A DNA stretch of 64,000 bases from Podarcis pityusensis. Its lineage: Eukaryota. A program made the translations under genes and the position numbers. Positions 1 to 10,318 of the stretch are shown in pieces; the first letter of the stretch is position 1; every line of letters starts with the position of its first letter. The notes beneath the pieces are model-generated. The model was not told where the DNA came from. It searched no databases and worked only from the letters and a program-made list of their open reading frames with translations. Where the stretch lies: assembly GCA_964106645.2 (NCBI GenBank), contig OZ067042.1; one strand, 5' to 3'.

Positions 1-880
1 GGATAAAATATCCTCTTATTACTGCCTTACTAGCGTCCCATACTACATTAGCCTTTGTTCCTTTGTCACAATTGTCCGCAAAGTAGTCCATCAATTTTTT
101 CTGTGCATTTTCGACAATTTTCTGGTCATCCAGGAGATAATCTTTCAATCTCCATCTGAAAGTTCTTATCTCTAAACTTTCCAATTCCAATTCTATCGGA
201 CTGTGGTCCGAGATTACTTTCGGTCTTATTTCTATTAGTTTGGCTCTTGGACATAACTCACTCGAGATCCATATCTGATCTATACGTGACATCGACTGAT
301 TAGGTTCGGAGTGAAAGGTGAATTGTTTATCTAATGGATGTCTGAGGCGCCAAATATCTGTCAAGTTACAGTTTTCCACCATTGAGAAGAAGGATTTTGG
401 TAGTTTTCCTTCTTTACTTGCTCCTTCCCTCAGTCTATCCACTTCTAGAGAAACCACCCCGTTCATATCACCCATTAGAATAATTTTTTGGTCCACATAT
501 TCTAGTAGTTTCTCTTCTAAGTTTTTGAAGAATTCGGTCTTGTTACCATTTGGGGCATATACCCCAACTACCACCAGATTTTCTCCTTGCCAATTAAGAC
601 TGACCCCTATCATCCTCCCCTCTTCGTCTTTAAATACTGTTTTTGCTTCGATCTTATTTTTAATATACAATACCACCCCTCTTTTCTTTTCCTTATCTGA
701 AGATTCAAATTCATTTCCCAATCTTCTATTAATTAACACTTTTTTGTGCCTTCTGGCTACATGCGTTTCTTGTAGACAGATAATGTCCAAATTTTTCTTT
801 TTCAGAAATTGCTCAATTTTATTCCTCCTTTTTTTTTCGTTCATCCCATTAATATTCCAATTCCAAATTTTTAACCCCAT
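1..880 (-). CDS. L1 ORF2p, N-terminal APE-type endonuclease domain (partial, runs off window)
   Basis: Manual translation from ATG at 880: MGLKIWNWNINGMNEKKRR...DIICLQETH...VGVYAPN...ILMGDMNG...DIWR...FTFHS...SRIDQIW...SDHSPI...WRL...WDASKAVIRG. All L1-EN motifs are in one frame and I saw no stop. It is absent from the ORF track, consistent with no stop inside the window. Confidence 0.93.
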   Translation of the reverse strand, partial: MGLKIWNWNINGMNEKKRRNKIEQFLKKKNLDIICLQETHVARRHKKVLINRRLGNEFESSDKEKKRGVVLYIKNKIEAKTVFKDEEGRMIGVSLNWQGENLVVVGVYAPNGNKTEFFKNLEEKLLEYVDQKIILMGDMNGVVSLEVDRLREGASKEGKLPKSFFSMVENCNLTDIWRLRHPLDKQFTFHSEPNQSMSRIDQIWISSELCPRAKLIEIRPKVISDHSPIELELESLEIRTFRWRLKDYLLDDQKIVENAQKKLMDYFADNCDKGTKANVVWDASKAVIRGYFI

Positions 881-913
881 ACTGCCTAACTCTCGCCTAG
901 GTTTTCCTTTTCT

Positions 914-1909
914 TTATAAGTTCGCTGGATCTTCCTCTTCCTCCTCTACCTCTTCGTCCGGTCCGCTTCCTCCTCCCTCCTCCTCCTCCTCCTCTGTTCC
1001 TGGTTCTCCTGGTAATCCTCCCTCTGCTCCCCCTGCTCCATTCACCTCTACTCTTAATTCCTTATATTTCCTCAGAAATTTCCCGGTTTCTTCCTGGTTT
1101 GACAACCTATGCCTCTTACCTCTATACGTAAATGATAACCCTTCCGGGAATTCCCATCTAAATTCAATTTTATTTTTCTTCAATGTCTGCGCCAATGATT
1201 TGTAAGAGTCTCTTCGTTTAAGTAATCTGATTGGGATGTCTTTAAAGATAATTATATAGTTCCCTTCTATATTCAACCTCTTTTCTCTATTCCTTTGAAG
1301 AATCCTATTCCTCATTTCCTTATCCTTAAATGTAATCAGGCAATCGCCTGTAAATTTCTTTACTCTTGTTGTTTTAACCCGCATTCTAAATGCGTTCTGT
1401 ACATTTTTGGCCATTTCCTCAACTGGTACTCCCAGCCATTCCGCTAGCTCCATTATCAGTCTCTCCTTAATATTTTCACTTTGTGTCTCTGGCACAGCTC
1501 TAAATCTCAGATTCACCTCCCTCTGCCTCAGTTCATTCATCGCAATAATATCCTTCATCTCTTCCTGTGCCTTATTTAAATCCATCACTTCTACTTTGAT
1601 CCTTTCTTTATCCCTTTTCATATCCTTTAGTTCCACCCTTGTCCTCTTTAATCCTTCCTCTGTGAGCTGCGTTCTCCTGAAAACTTCCTTTATTTGGCCT
1701 TTAAGTTCATTAACAGTTTCGTCCATTTTTTTATCCATTTTCCCAATCTTGTTGTCCACCTGCTCTAATTTGCGTTCTAAATTATCTTGACTCTGTTTAA
1801 TTTCCGCAAACATCTTCAAAATATCTGACTTAAAGTCTGCCTCTTGTTTGGAGCCCCTCCTATCGCCAGAGGTCCCCCCATTCATTCCTTTCTTTCCTGT
1901 ATGTGACAT
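914..1909 (-). CDS. L1 ORF1p (coiled coil + RRM + CTD, Transposase_22-like), 331 aa
   Basis: Heptad-rich N-terminal half. RQREVNLRFRAVPE matches the RRxNxR...PE RRM entry motif. IIIFKDIP...RRDSY...FRWEFPEGLSFTY resembles the L1 CTD. Lies directly upstream of ORF2. Confidence 0.92.
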   Translation of the reverse strand: MSHTGKKGMNGGTSGDRRGSKQEADFKSDILKMFAEIKQSQDNLERKLEQVDNKIGKMDKKMDETVNELKGQIKEVFRRTQLTEEGLKRTRVELKDMKRDKERIKVEVMDLNKAQEEMKDIIAMNELRQREVNLRFRAVPETQSENIKERLIMELAEWLGVPVEEMAKNVQNAFRMRVKTTRVKKFTGDCLITFKDKEMRNRILQRNREKRLNIEGNYIIIFKDIPIRLLKRRDSYKSLAQTLKKNKIEFRWEFPEGLSFTYRGKRHRLSNQEETGKFLRKYKELRVEVNGAGGAEGGLPGEPGTEEEEEEGGGSGPDEEVEEEEEDPANL

Positions 1910-2378
1910 CTTACACTCTTATATTTCCCCGTGCCCAAACAATACCTTTGTCCCCGTAATTATTTCTAATACTCTCCTTTAGATATCCCCCTTGGTCAAT
2001 TTTCCTTATATCAACTTTCCGTCGTTATTTTTACTAATCAGAGTTACCAATCCCTTATATATATATGTTTTCAAAAAGTCAGTATAAGGTTTTTGCCGCA
2101 ACTTCTTCTTTCCTCCACTAGGGGTATTCCAATACCAGAGATTCTTCTCGCCTCTAATCAGGCTAATCCATATTACTGAGTAGGCTTACGGGAATAATTA
2201 ATGGAAAGGAAATCTAACGAAGAAATAGATAGGAGAGGGTAGATGAAAAAGGAAGCAGGGCAGGGGAGGCAGAAAACGGTCGGGTATCAGACAGTCACCA
2301 TCCAGCCACTAGATGTCACCAAATCTCTATGAGCTGGCGTTATTTCTGGGAATATATCAGTATCTTGTTTCTCCAGAG

Positions 2379-2443
2379 GTTTAGTCTCTCAAGTAAATCC
2401 AAAAGTCCCAAGTTTAGACTCTCAAGTAAATCCGAAGTCCCAA
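2379..2443. repeat. Two-copy ~32-bp tandem repeat inside the L1 5'UTR
   Basis: GTTTAGTCTCTCAAGTAAATCCAAAAGTCCCAA followed by GTTTAGACTCTCAAGTAAATCCGAAGTCCCAA. Confidence 0.9.
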
Positions 2444-3526
2444 GTTTCCAGTTCCAGCAAACAAACTGAAGAAAAGGAAGATCATACACGCAGAAATACC
2501 AATCTAAGTGTAGATAATTGTCCTCTTTTTACTTTTCTCAGTCACCACGCTCAAAGGTTCTTAATGGCGGCGGAGCCTTCTCTTCCGGATTTGGTGTTCC
2601 TTGTGTTCTAACACAACAATAGAGAAACGCCCCTTCTCCTCTTTACACCCTCTGTTTCACCACGGACGCCTAATTCCGATACTTTATCTCTGGCCCCCCT
2701 TCTCTTCCCTCCGTTCTTTTAATCTAACGTTCCTGCTTGTAAAGCTACTTTTTTTTTAAGGAAGATACCTGGAGGGAAACAGCGTATCCGCTAAGGCGAC
2801 TCACTTTCACTTTCTCCTGCACTGGCGTCGCGTTGCGTCTAAGTTGATTCCGGCTTACCAGCTAAACTCCATTTGCGTCTCTTTGTTACTCCGAAGCTTC
2901 CTTGTTCTTTTAACCGCAGAGTTTTAAATATTTTGCGTTCGGAGTCCTTTAATCTGAGAGCGTACCGCTCTCTCAGCAAGCTTAGGGCTTCGCTATCTGA
3001 AGGTGAGTAATGGCTTCCCTCGACCCGCTAGACCTCTCCGCCGCGCTCTTCACTTCTTCCGAAGCTACCTGGTGGCCGGGTTGGTCGCTCTTTGGCCGCG
3101 CCGGGAACCAGACCTTCTGAACACCCTCCAGAAGTGTTTTAGGGGGTCTCCGCGCCCTGGAGTTGCCCCTGTCCTTCAGAATAGCTCGGGTTCTCCCTCA
3201 CGGTACGAACCCTGCTTGCGTTGAGATCGCGGTGCACCGGAAGTCTCTCAGTATAAAGAAGATTCATACAAGGAGCCTGTTTTTTCTTTTCTTTTACTAT
3301 CAAGAGCTCCTTTATCCCTGGTTTCCTTTCTCCTTGCCGTTTAATATGTCTCATTCAACTGATCCCACTTCCTACAATTTCACTTTCCTTGCTCATAAAT
3401 GGTCCTTAATTCCCACACATACTACTGCTTATCAGGGGTTTTCCCTCCAGATCAAGGACATGGGTCTCTTTTTCTCTCCTTCCTAGCTCATTGCCCCATT
3501 CAGCTTCATCTTGGGTACTACCACTC

Positions 3527-3852
3527 TTATAAGGAATACAGGATGCTGCCTTACAGCACGTCAATCTGTTGGTCCATCCCACTCAGTATCGTCTACAGCA
3601 AAAGTGGGTGAACCTGTGACCCTCTAATTGTTATTGAACTCCAGCTCCCATCATCTCTAGCATGGCCAATAGGTAGGGATGGTGGGATTTACAGTCCAGT
3701 TAATCTGGAGGGCACAGTGTTGGCTACCCAACAGTTCTCCAGGGTTTTAGACAGGACTCTTTCCCAACCCTACTTGGAGTTGCCATTTATTGAACTTGGG
3801 ACCTTTTCCATGCACAATATGTACTCTTAACACTGAGCTACAGCCCTTCCCC
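3527..3852 (-). mobile_element. tRNA-derived SINE interrupted by a short hAT-type MITE (~3599-3730)
   Basis: - strand head GGGCTGTAGCTCAGTGTTAAGAG...GGTCCCAAGTTCAAT is tRNA A/B-box-like. Body is shared with copies at ~9090, ~37465, ~54050 and ~56905. The insert matches the CAGGGATGGGGAACCTGTGGCCCTCC family. Confidence 0.65.
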
Positions 3853-5561
3853 CTGCATCTGGGATCCTTAGCAAGGTGAGGCATACCTTGAACCCCCACC
3901 ATGTGTCTTCTGCGTTCCTCTTTACAGAACCCACCTGCCCTTTGCTTTCATCCAGTTGCACCAACTTAGAGCCTACACACAAGTCATCACTGTCCTTGAC
4001 CCAGCAGATGACTCTTGCTGAGCATTGTCCCACTGCTCTACCACTTCCAAGTCAATATTGGGTATTCAGGTCAATTCCTTCACTCTCTATAGAGAGTTTG
4101 TTGGTTCTCATTTCTTAATTTATAAGCGCTCAACGTGGTTATCTCCCAGCTCTCATGGTACATGGGAGTGTCTTCTGGCTTCTGCACATTGGAGTCCTTA
4201 ATTTATCACTTGTCCATATTAGGATGGAGCACTACCATCTTTGTTTGAATGTTGTAGCATCAGGATAGCGGTTTTTCTTTCTAAGTCATAATGGGAGAGG
4301 TGTTGCTACGTCTGAATGATAATAGTTTTGTTTTTAGCTTGTTTCAGGGGGAAATAGCCATCTCTGTTTCTTTGTAATTAAATTGCCAGTGGGACAGTTA
4401 TGACCAAGGCTTCCGTTTATGCTCCAGTTGTGGTGGTCTGTTGCAAACCTTCTATCCATGACTTAATTAGCTTGGCTTTTTAGAACTCTCAGAGAGCTCC
4501 TTCATCTTGTACTCTGTGTGAGTGCAGTCTAAAAGCAAGAGCGCAACTCTGCCCCCAACACCCACACTCTAGAGTTGTTATTAAATCATACCTGCTTTGG
4601 GAAGGAAGGAGATATATATATATTATTTTAGAAACAATGTCAAATCATCTTCCCTGTTCAAATTCAAACCAACAGACGCAGAATTCCCAAAACTGAAACT
4701 CTCACCTTGATTGAACTTGACTCACCTCACTGTCCTTAGTAGAAATCTTCACAATGCCAGGCATATAACTGTGCATTGTTATGCAATATTTCTGTTAATC
4801 TGATCTAGGCAATGGGTGAAAGACAACACTTAACATGAACATTTTTTGTCTTTCATTCGAAACTTGAATGTTACGTTGACGTTCAGTTCACAAAGGCTTT
4901 TATTTGCTCAGACTAGATGCTAATAGGCCCTCAAACACGACCATACATGTACACTTTCACCTGCCAAATGGCTTCTTAATAATGAAACATCACAGTAATG
5001 TAGATCCATGGGGAGGATATTGCATATTTTGTGTATATATATCTATCTGTTCCAATTAAAGGAGAAAGTTGATGCAAGTGCATTGGTAATTTGAATAATC
5101 ATATAAACTTACTTTAAAAGATAAACCTAGTAGAGAATTGGTTAGTTTGGTTAGTCTGCTTTATATCCTTTTTTTGTCACATTAACCATTTAACTGGTGT
5201 TTCACCTTGAGATTTAAGCCATGTTTCCAGTGACTATTCAGTCACGGTTATTACTGAGATAGCTAACGAAAGGTGAAGGGCATCATGGGGAGGGTGCTTC
5301 ATTCAGAAGTCTGAGCACATGGGGGAACTCAATAAGATCCAGATTGTGCCTGTTCACAGATGATCAGCTATCCCATGTGAATGTAAAATGGTATTAATTT
5401 CAGCTTAGCCTTCACCTGAAACGTCTGGCGCATGGAATACTGTCACTCAATAGTTCACAAGAGCCACAACTAAGGAAGCAGGACTTCTTAACACAACTTG
5501 TAGAAGGGGTCACAAACATGGCACCCAGGAGGTCTTTCCCTAGCACCCACAAGTCTTCCGA

Positions 5562-5585
5562 GACACACACACACACACACACACA
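5562..5585. repeat. (CA)n microsatellite
   Basis: Direct reading. Confidence 0.95.
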
Positions 5586-6009
5586 ACTCACTGTTCATGA
5601 AGTGGTGAGGGTGGTTACATTTTTCTCTGTTGAAAAATACATGGAGCTGAAGCTGGATGTGCCAAATTCTTTCCCACTTCCTCTTTCCCATCTTAAGTGT
5701 TTTTCAAAGGTCAGATTAACTCCACAAGATCCGACTTTGACAGAGATCTCTTGGAAAAGTGAAGTGTGTTTGTGTGCATGTCCCCTTATCTCTCTCCGTC
5801 TGTCAGTGAGGTTGATCCAGAGGAGGGGGAGATAAGTGGCCAGAGGGTTAAAGTGTGCCCACAGGCCTGAAAAGGTTAGTCATCCCTTACTTGTAGAATT
5901 GAATGTAGTTGGACTACTTTGGTGTGTTTCATATTTTGAAGTGCTGCGCTTGGTGAGGGAAATCAGATACACAGGTATAGGCTGGTGGAGAGGGGGGGAA
6001 TCAAATGCA

Positions 6010-6530
6010 TGGGTATAGTGGCTTAGCTGTAGTGCAAAGACCTCAGGATTGTAGGCAATCTTGAGTTGATCGTAAGTCAGTAGTGTAACATGGCTGCAAT
6101 AAAGGAAAATGCAGTTTTAGGCTACATTAATAGAGACATGGTTTCCAAGTAGCAATAAGTGATAGTCCCATTTTATCCTGCAGTCGTCACACCTCATCTA
6201 GAGTACTGTGCCCAGTTCTGGGCACCACATATTAAGGAATATATAGCCAAATTGGGACAAATTAAGAGGAGAGCAAGGAACCTGGTGGGCGTTTGAAACA
6301 AAGTCCTATGAACTAGGTTAAAGGAATATTGAGGGGGGATATGATGGAAGTCTACAAAAACCTGGATGGCTGCCCCGTGCAAGAAGGCAAAGACTTGTCC
6401 TCGGCTGCCTCAGAGGGCATGCCTAGACCTCATGAGCTTAATTTACAGGAGGGTAGATTTGACTGGAGTTTTTTTGGGGGGGGGGGACTATTGATGGTAA
6501 GAGTGATTTTACTTTGGAACCAGTTATTTA
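6010..6530 (+). mobile_element. CR1 LINE 3' ORF2 fragment, decayed
   Basis: CTAGAGTACTGTGCCCAGTTCTGGGCACCACAT (LEYCxQFWAP motif) and TTGAGGGGGGATATGATGGAAGTCTACAAA (LRGDMxEVYK), both typical of the CR1 ORF2 C-terminus. Homologous to 33470-34125. Confidence 0.85.
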
Positions 6531-6902
6531 TGGTGGCACCAGGTTGTAACTTCACAGGGTGTCTCTAAGCAGGAGTGGGTAGCCACCACAGAGCCCTTGT
6601 CTATGTCCCACTTTGGGAGAATGGTCAGTTCTGATGAGGAGCAGGACAACAGCCACAGCAACTAGGATGGTGGAATGCTTCATTCTATGAGGTTTGGGGA
6701 GCCTTCTCTCTGATGGCCTTCTGATGACTTGTGAAGACATCCTTTTATTTTATCAATCTTTTAATTTTCCACATTGAGGTGTTTTTATTGAAGGACTGTT
6801 TTATCTGCCATGCCTGTGTCTCTTATATATATTTCTTCTTGTTGCTGTATTTTCTTACTGTGATTTTAATTATTGCAGGGTGCTTTGAATAGCCCATATA
6901 TA

Positions 6903-7080
6903 CAGGCAACAATCAGTTCCGGACTCCCATGCGTATCGGTGGGGCCCATGTCAGCCTACCCCGTTCCGTCGCCTTTTTGGTGACATTTTGGTGATGTTTT
7001 TGGGTCACTTCCAGGTTCGGCACGATGCGCGTGTGCGTGGTTGAGCACATATTGGATACTCCTAAAATGGTTGCTGCCTG
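6903..7080. mobile_element. Tc1/mariner-type MITE, 178 bp
   Basis: TA|CAGGCAACAATC...GGTTGCTGCCTG|TA: imperfect TIRs, TA target duplication, CpG-rich interior. Confidence 0.7.
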
Positions 7081-7111
7081 TATTAAAAAAGTGAGGCATA
7101 AATCTTCATAT

Positions 7112-7807
7112 CAGGGGTGGGGAATCTCAGATCTGGGGGCCTGATGCAGTCTTCCAGGCCTTCCTATCTGACCTTCTGGACTCTCCTCATGCCACAGAAC
7201 CTCTCCCCAGGCCATGCTCCTCATCTACCCTGCTTTAGTCCCTCTTTTCATGTTGAAATGTGTCCTGTAGCTCTGATAATGGCATTTGCTTGCCTGGATG
7301 GAGGATAGATAGAGGTATGTGTAGAAACCAGCTAACATATAGTACAAAACTAACATTTACTTTTGTTGCCCCACTCACTTTTGCCTCTGGCCCTGGCCAC
7401 CCTTGGCATTTGGTTCCACCCAACCAACCAGTTCACCACCCCTAAAGGTAAAGGGACCCCTAACCGTTAGGTCCAGTCGTGGCCGACTCTGGGGTTGTGG
7501 CGCTCATCTTGCTTTATTGGCCAAGGGAGCCGGCGTACAGCTTCTGGGTCACGTGGCCAGCATGACTAAGCCGCTTCTGGCGAACCAGAGCAATGCACGG
7601 AAATGCTGTTTACCTTCCCGCCGGAGCGGTACCAATTTATCTACTTGCACTTTGACATGCTTTCGAACTGCTAGGTTGGCAGGAGCAGGGACCGAACAAC
7701 GGGAGCTCACCCCGTCACAGGGATTCGAACTGCTGACCTTCTGATCGGCAAGTCCTAGGCTCTGTGGTTTAACCCACAGCGCCATCCGCGTCCCTTCACC
7801 ACCCCTG
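7112..7807. mobile_element. Non-autonomous hAT-type element whose right TIR is interrupted by a Sauria SINE
   Basis: Left end CAGGGGTGGGGAATC, right end (G)TTCACCACCCCTG. Interior is homologous to 24900-25146. Confidence 0.6.
7444..7794 (-). mobile_element. Sauria SINE (lacertid type), full length
   Basis: tRNA-like head GGGACGCGGATGGCGCTGTGGG, B-box-like GTTCGAATCC, ACCTTT tail. 12-bp TSD TTCACCACCCCT at 7432-7443 and 7795-7806. Confidence 0.93.
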
Positions 7808-8580
7808 CATTATAATAAAACATAGGGCCCAGGACCTCAGGCCTCCTGGCTTCTCCTAGCTGTTCTCCTATCTGCCCCCCCCCCAAAAAAAAGACACACA
7901 CAAAGCTACATACCTACACCCTCTCTTATTGCTTTTGCCTGGCAAAAATGTGTTATTGAACTGCAATAATGGATGGACGATATACAGATGTCTGTATGGA
8001 AACCTTGTGACGTTTGCATAGCTTGAATGCATCCTGCTGTGCAAATACACGAATCACAGCCGTTGCTTCACCAGCTTTCACAATGGGCCCTGCCCATCAT
8101 TGCCATATAGCTCCTGGAAGGTTTCTCATGAGGGAATACTGCCGTCAGACTGGGGGTGGGGGGGAGGTTTCCTCACCTCTATAATAAAATTAATAACTGT
8201 TGGGGATGCTTTAGCTGCAGATTTCTTGTATTCAGCTGAATGAAATGGGGGTGGGGAGGGCAGACGGGGTTGTGTCACCTCCCACTTCATTGGTGTATAT
8301 AAAGTGTTTTAAAGAGTCATTAAACTTCAATGCCCGTGGGGTGAACGAGGCACCGATGAAAGGGTGAGTCAAGTAGTCAGGGCGGAGGCTGTGAATACAG
8401 TTGAAGTGCATGACAGCTATGGATTAGCAGCCCTTCCTATTGCCCTGTGGGGCTTGCGGCTCTGGAGTTTGCTTCAGAACCACTGCTGGGTGACGCGAAG
8501 CAGTGACAGCTGTGACTACCTGCAGATGGCACTGGTGATTTCTGCAATTTCAAGGAAGCATCACCTTCATTTAGAACATA

Positions 8581-8831
8581 CAGTCGTACCTTGGTTGTCA
8601 AACGCCCTTGGTACTTGTTCATTTTGGCTCCCGAACGCCGCAAGCCCGCAAGTGAGTGTTCTGGTTTGCGAACGTTCTTTGGAAGCCGAACGTCCGATGG
8701 GGCTTCCACGGCTTCCAATTGGCTGCAGGAGCTTCCTGCAGCCAATCAGAAGCCGCGCCTTGGTTTCCGAACATTTTGGAAGTCGAACGGACTTCTGGAA
8801 CGGATTCCATTTGCCTTCTGAGGTACCACTG
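8581..8831 (+). mobile_element. Tigger-like Tc1/mariner MITE, family A (orientation arbitrarily +)
   Basis: TA|CAGTCGTACCTTGG...GAGGTACCACTG|TA, with internal palindrome ATTGGCTGCAGGAGCTTCCTGCAGCCAAT. Three more copies in the window. Confidence 0.9.
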
Positions 8832-9087
8832 TATTTGTCTTTGCCTTACACAATGATCTGGTGGATCCTTTCCCCCCTGATGCTCCTTCATTTTTCCTAA
8901 TGACTTTTTAAAATATAATATCACATACCGTTGCATTCTTTTTCAGGCCAGAGCACTGTAATTTTCCTTTTCACAGGAGACGTGTGAAAATGTTGCCTGC
9001 CCAATGAATAGCACTCTTCAGAATACTGGCCATATTTTGGAGGACCTTAAGAGAATAATGGACTTATAAAACTTTGGGTGCCACCAT

Positions 9088-9245
9088 TAAGAACATGGGA
9101 AGTCAGATCATTGCTGCATCAGGCTCAGGACTGTCTACACTGATTAGCGGTGCCTCTCTGTGGTTTCACACAGGGTATCTCCCAACCCTAGCTAGAGATT
9201 GAACCTATGACCTTCTGCATACCCCACCACTGAGCCTAAAGCCCC
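9088..9245 (-). mobile_element. tRNA-derived SINE, decayed
   Basis: GATTGAACCTATGACCTTCTGCAT...ACCACTGAGC is the reverse of a tRNA-like head. Homologous to 3527-3852. Confidence 0.6.
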
Positions 9246-10137
9246 TCTGTACTGAACATGAACAAGAATATCTGTTATCAGGAAATACCATTCTGATTTT
9301 GTGGAATTTTCTCTCAATGTGCGGGTGGATGGCTCTGTTGAAATTGCTAGAAATGTAGACTTTTGCTTTCTACCATGCTTTAGCGAGGTAGTAACCAGTT
9401 AATGGTTTCTTACTAGGTTAGAGACTAGTTAGTCTCCTCTGCTCTTATCTGAAATTGTTTATTTGTCAAGAAATCTGCAAATATATATATATAAGCATGT
9501 TTCTGTGGGGGGGGGGTTAGTTTTATGGTACCAACTGCTTTGAGGGTCCTTAGCAGGCGTGAAAGTGGAATAAATAAATGAATGAATGTCTCCATGTGTG
9601 TTTAGTCCAGGGAAATTACTCTGGAGCCATGCTGAAATGAAACAGCACTTTTAATCTCTAATCGTGAATGCACTGGTTCTTGTCCACGACTCACAATCTT
9701 ATCTATACTCACAGCAGCATAGACATATATATTTTTGTACTCATGAACTCCCAGATCTAGAGGTCACCAAGAACTGAGTCTGCATTGTCAAGAATGTTGC
9801 TGATTAGTAATGAAAAGATTATTTGGTGCTTAAGATTGATATTTTCTGGAGTCCTTGTTCTAAATTCCAAACATGCAGATGCACACATGTGGTTGCATGA
9901 CTTTTTAGTAATTTTTTGCATGCAAAGGAAATCTACCTACACGGGTAATTCTACTGAGTACAATATTACGTATGTATTGTTATTTATTATGGAAGCTTGA
10001 AAGTATTCTCCTTGACTACTTTTAAGGAGAAAGAGACTAAAATAAGACTCACATTCTTGAATTTATGTCTGCATTATAATAAGAGGACAAGGTCAGCAGC
10101 CCAGACCACCACAGCGGCCCACCACAGCAGGGGGATA

Positions 10138-10247
10138 CAGTGGTACCTTGGGTTACAGACACTTCAGGTTACAGACTCCGCTAACCCAGAAATAGTACTA
10201 TTTCTGGAGTCTGTATCCTGAAGCGTCTGTAACCTGAGGTACCACTG
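10138..10247. mobile_element. 110-bp near-palindromic Tigger-like MITE (family B)
   Basis: TA|CAGTGGTACCTTGG...TGAGGTACCACTG|TA. 42-nt arms with 4 mismatches and a perfect 22-bp central palindrome CCAGAAATAGTACTATTTCTGG. Confidence 0.9.
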
Positions 10248-10318
10248 TACTTCCACCAGCAAATCTGAAAGTAGTTCTTAGGGCATGAATAATGATGTAG
10301 GCTCCTCACGGTTAACAC

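Larger units (their letters stand above)
1..3248 (-). mobile_element. L1-clade LINE, 5' portion (5'UTR + ORF1 + start of ORF2), continues beyond the window start; antisense within an RNLS intron
   Basis: Two tandem ORFs separated by a 33-nt spacer (881-913). CpG-rich leader (~2780-3245) begins GAGACTTCCGGTGC on the - strand and stops abruptly at AT-rich flank. The 5' boundary is approximate. Confidence 0.93.

Noticed and set aside
318-1205. 295-aa + strand ORF (and 127-aa ORF 1407-1790)
   Set aside because: Antisense shadows of L1 ORF1/ORF2. Non-ATG starts, and the F/S/L-rich composition simply mirrors the A-rich K/E codons on the other strand.
7403-7785. Recurrent ORFs such as VKGPLTIRSSR...GHVASMTK and MALWVKPQSLGLADQKV (also ~18547-19181, 43078-43508, 53713-53982, 57393-57989)
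   Set aside because: Translations of Sauria SINE copies, not a gene family.
8364-8936. Stack of overlapping ORFs with WLQELPAANQK on both strands (also ~19908-20263, 32563-33212)
   Set aside because: Produced by the GC-rich palindromic MITE family A. No transposase motifs.
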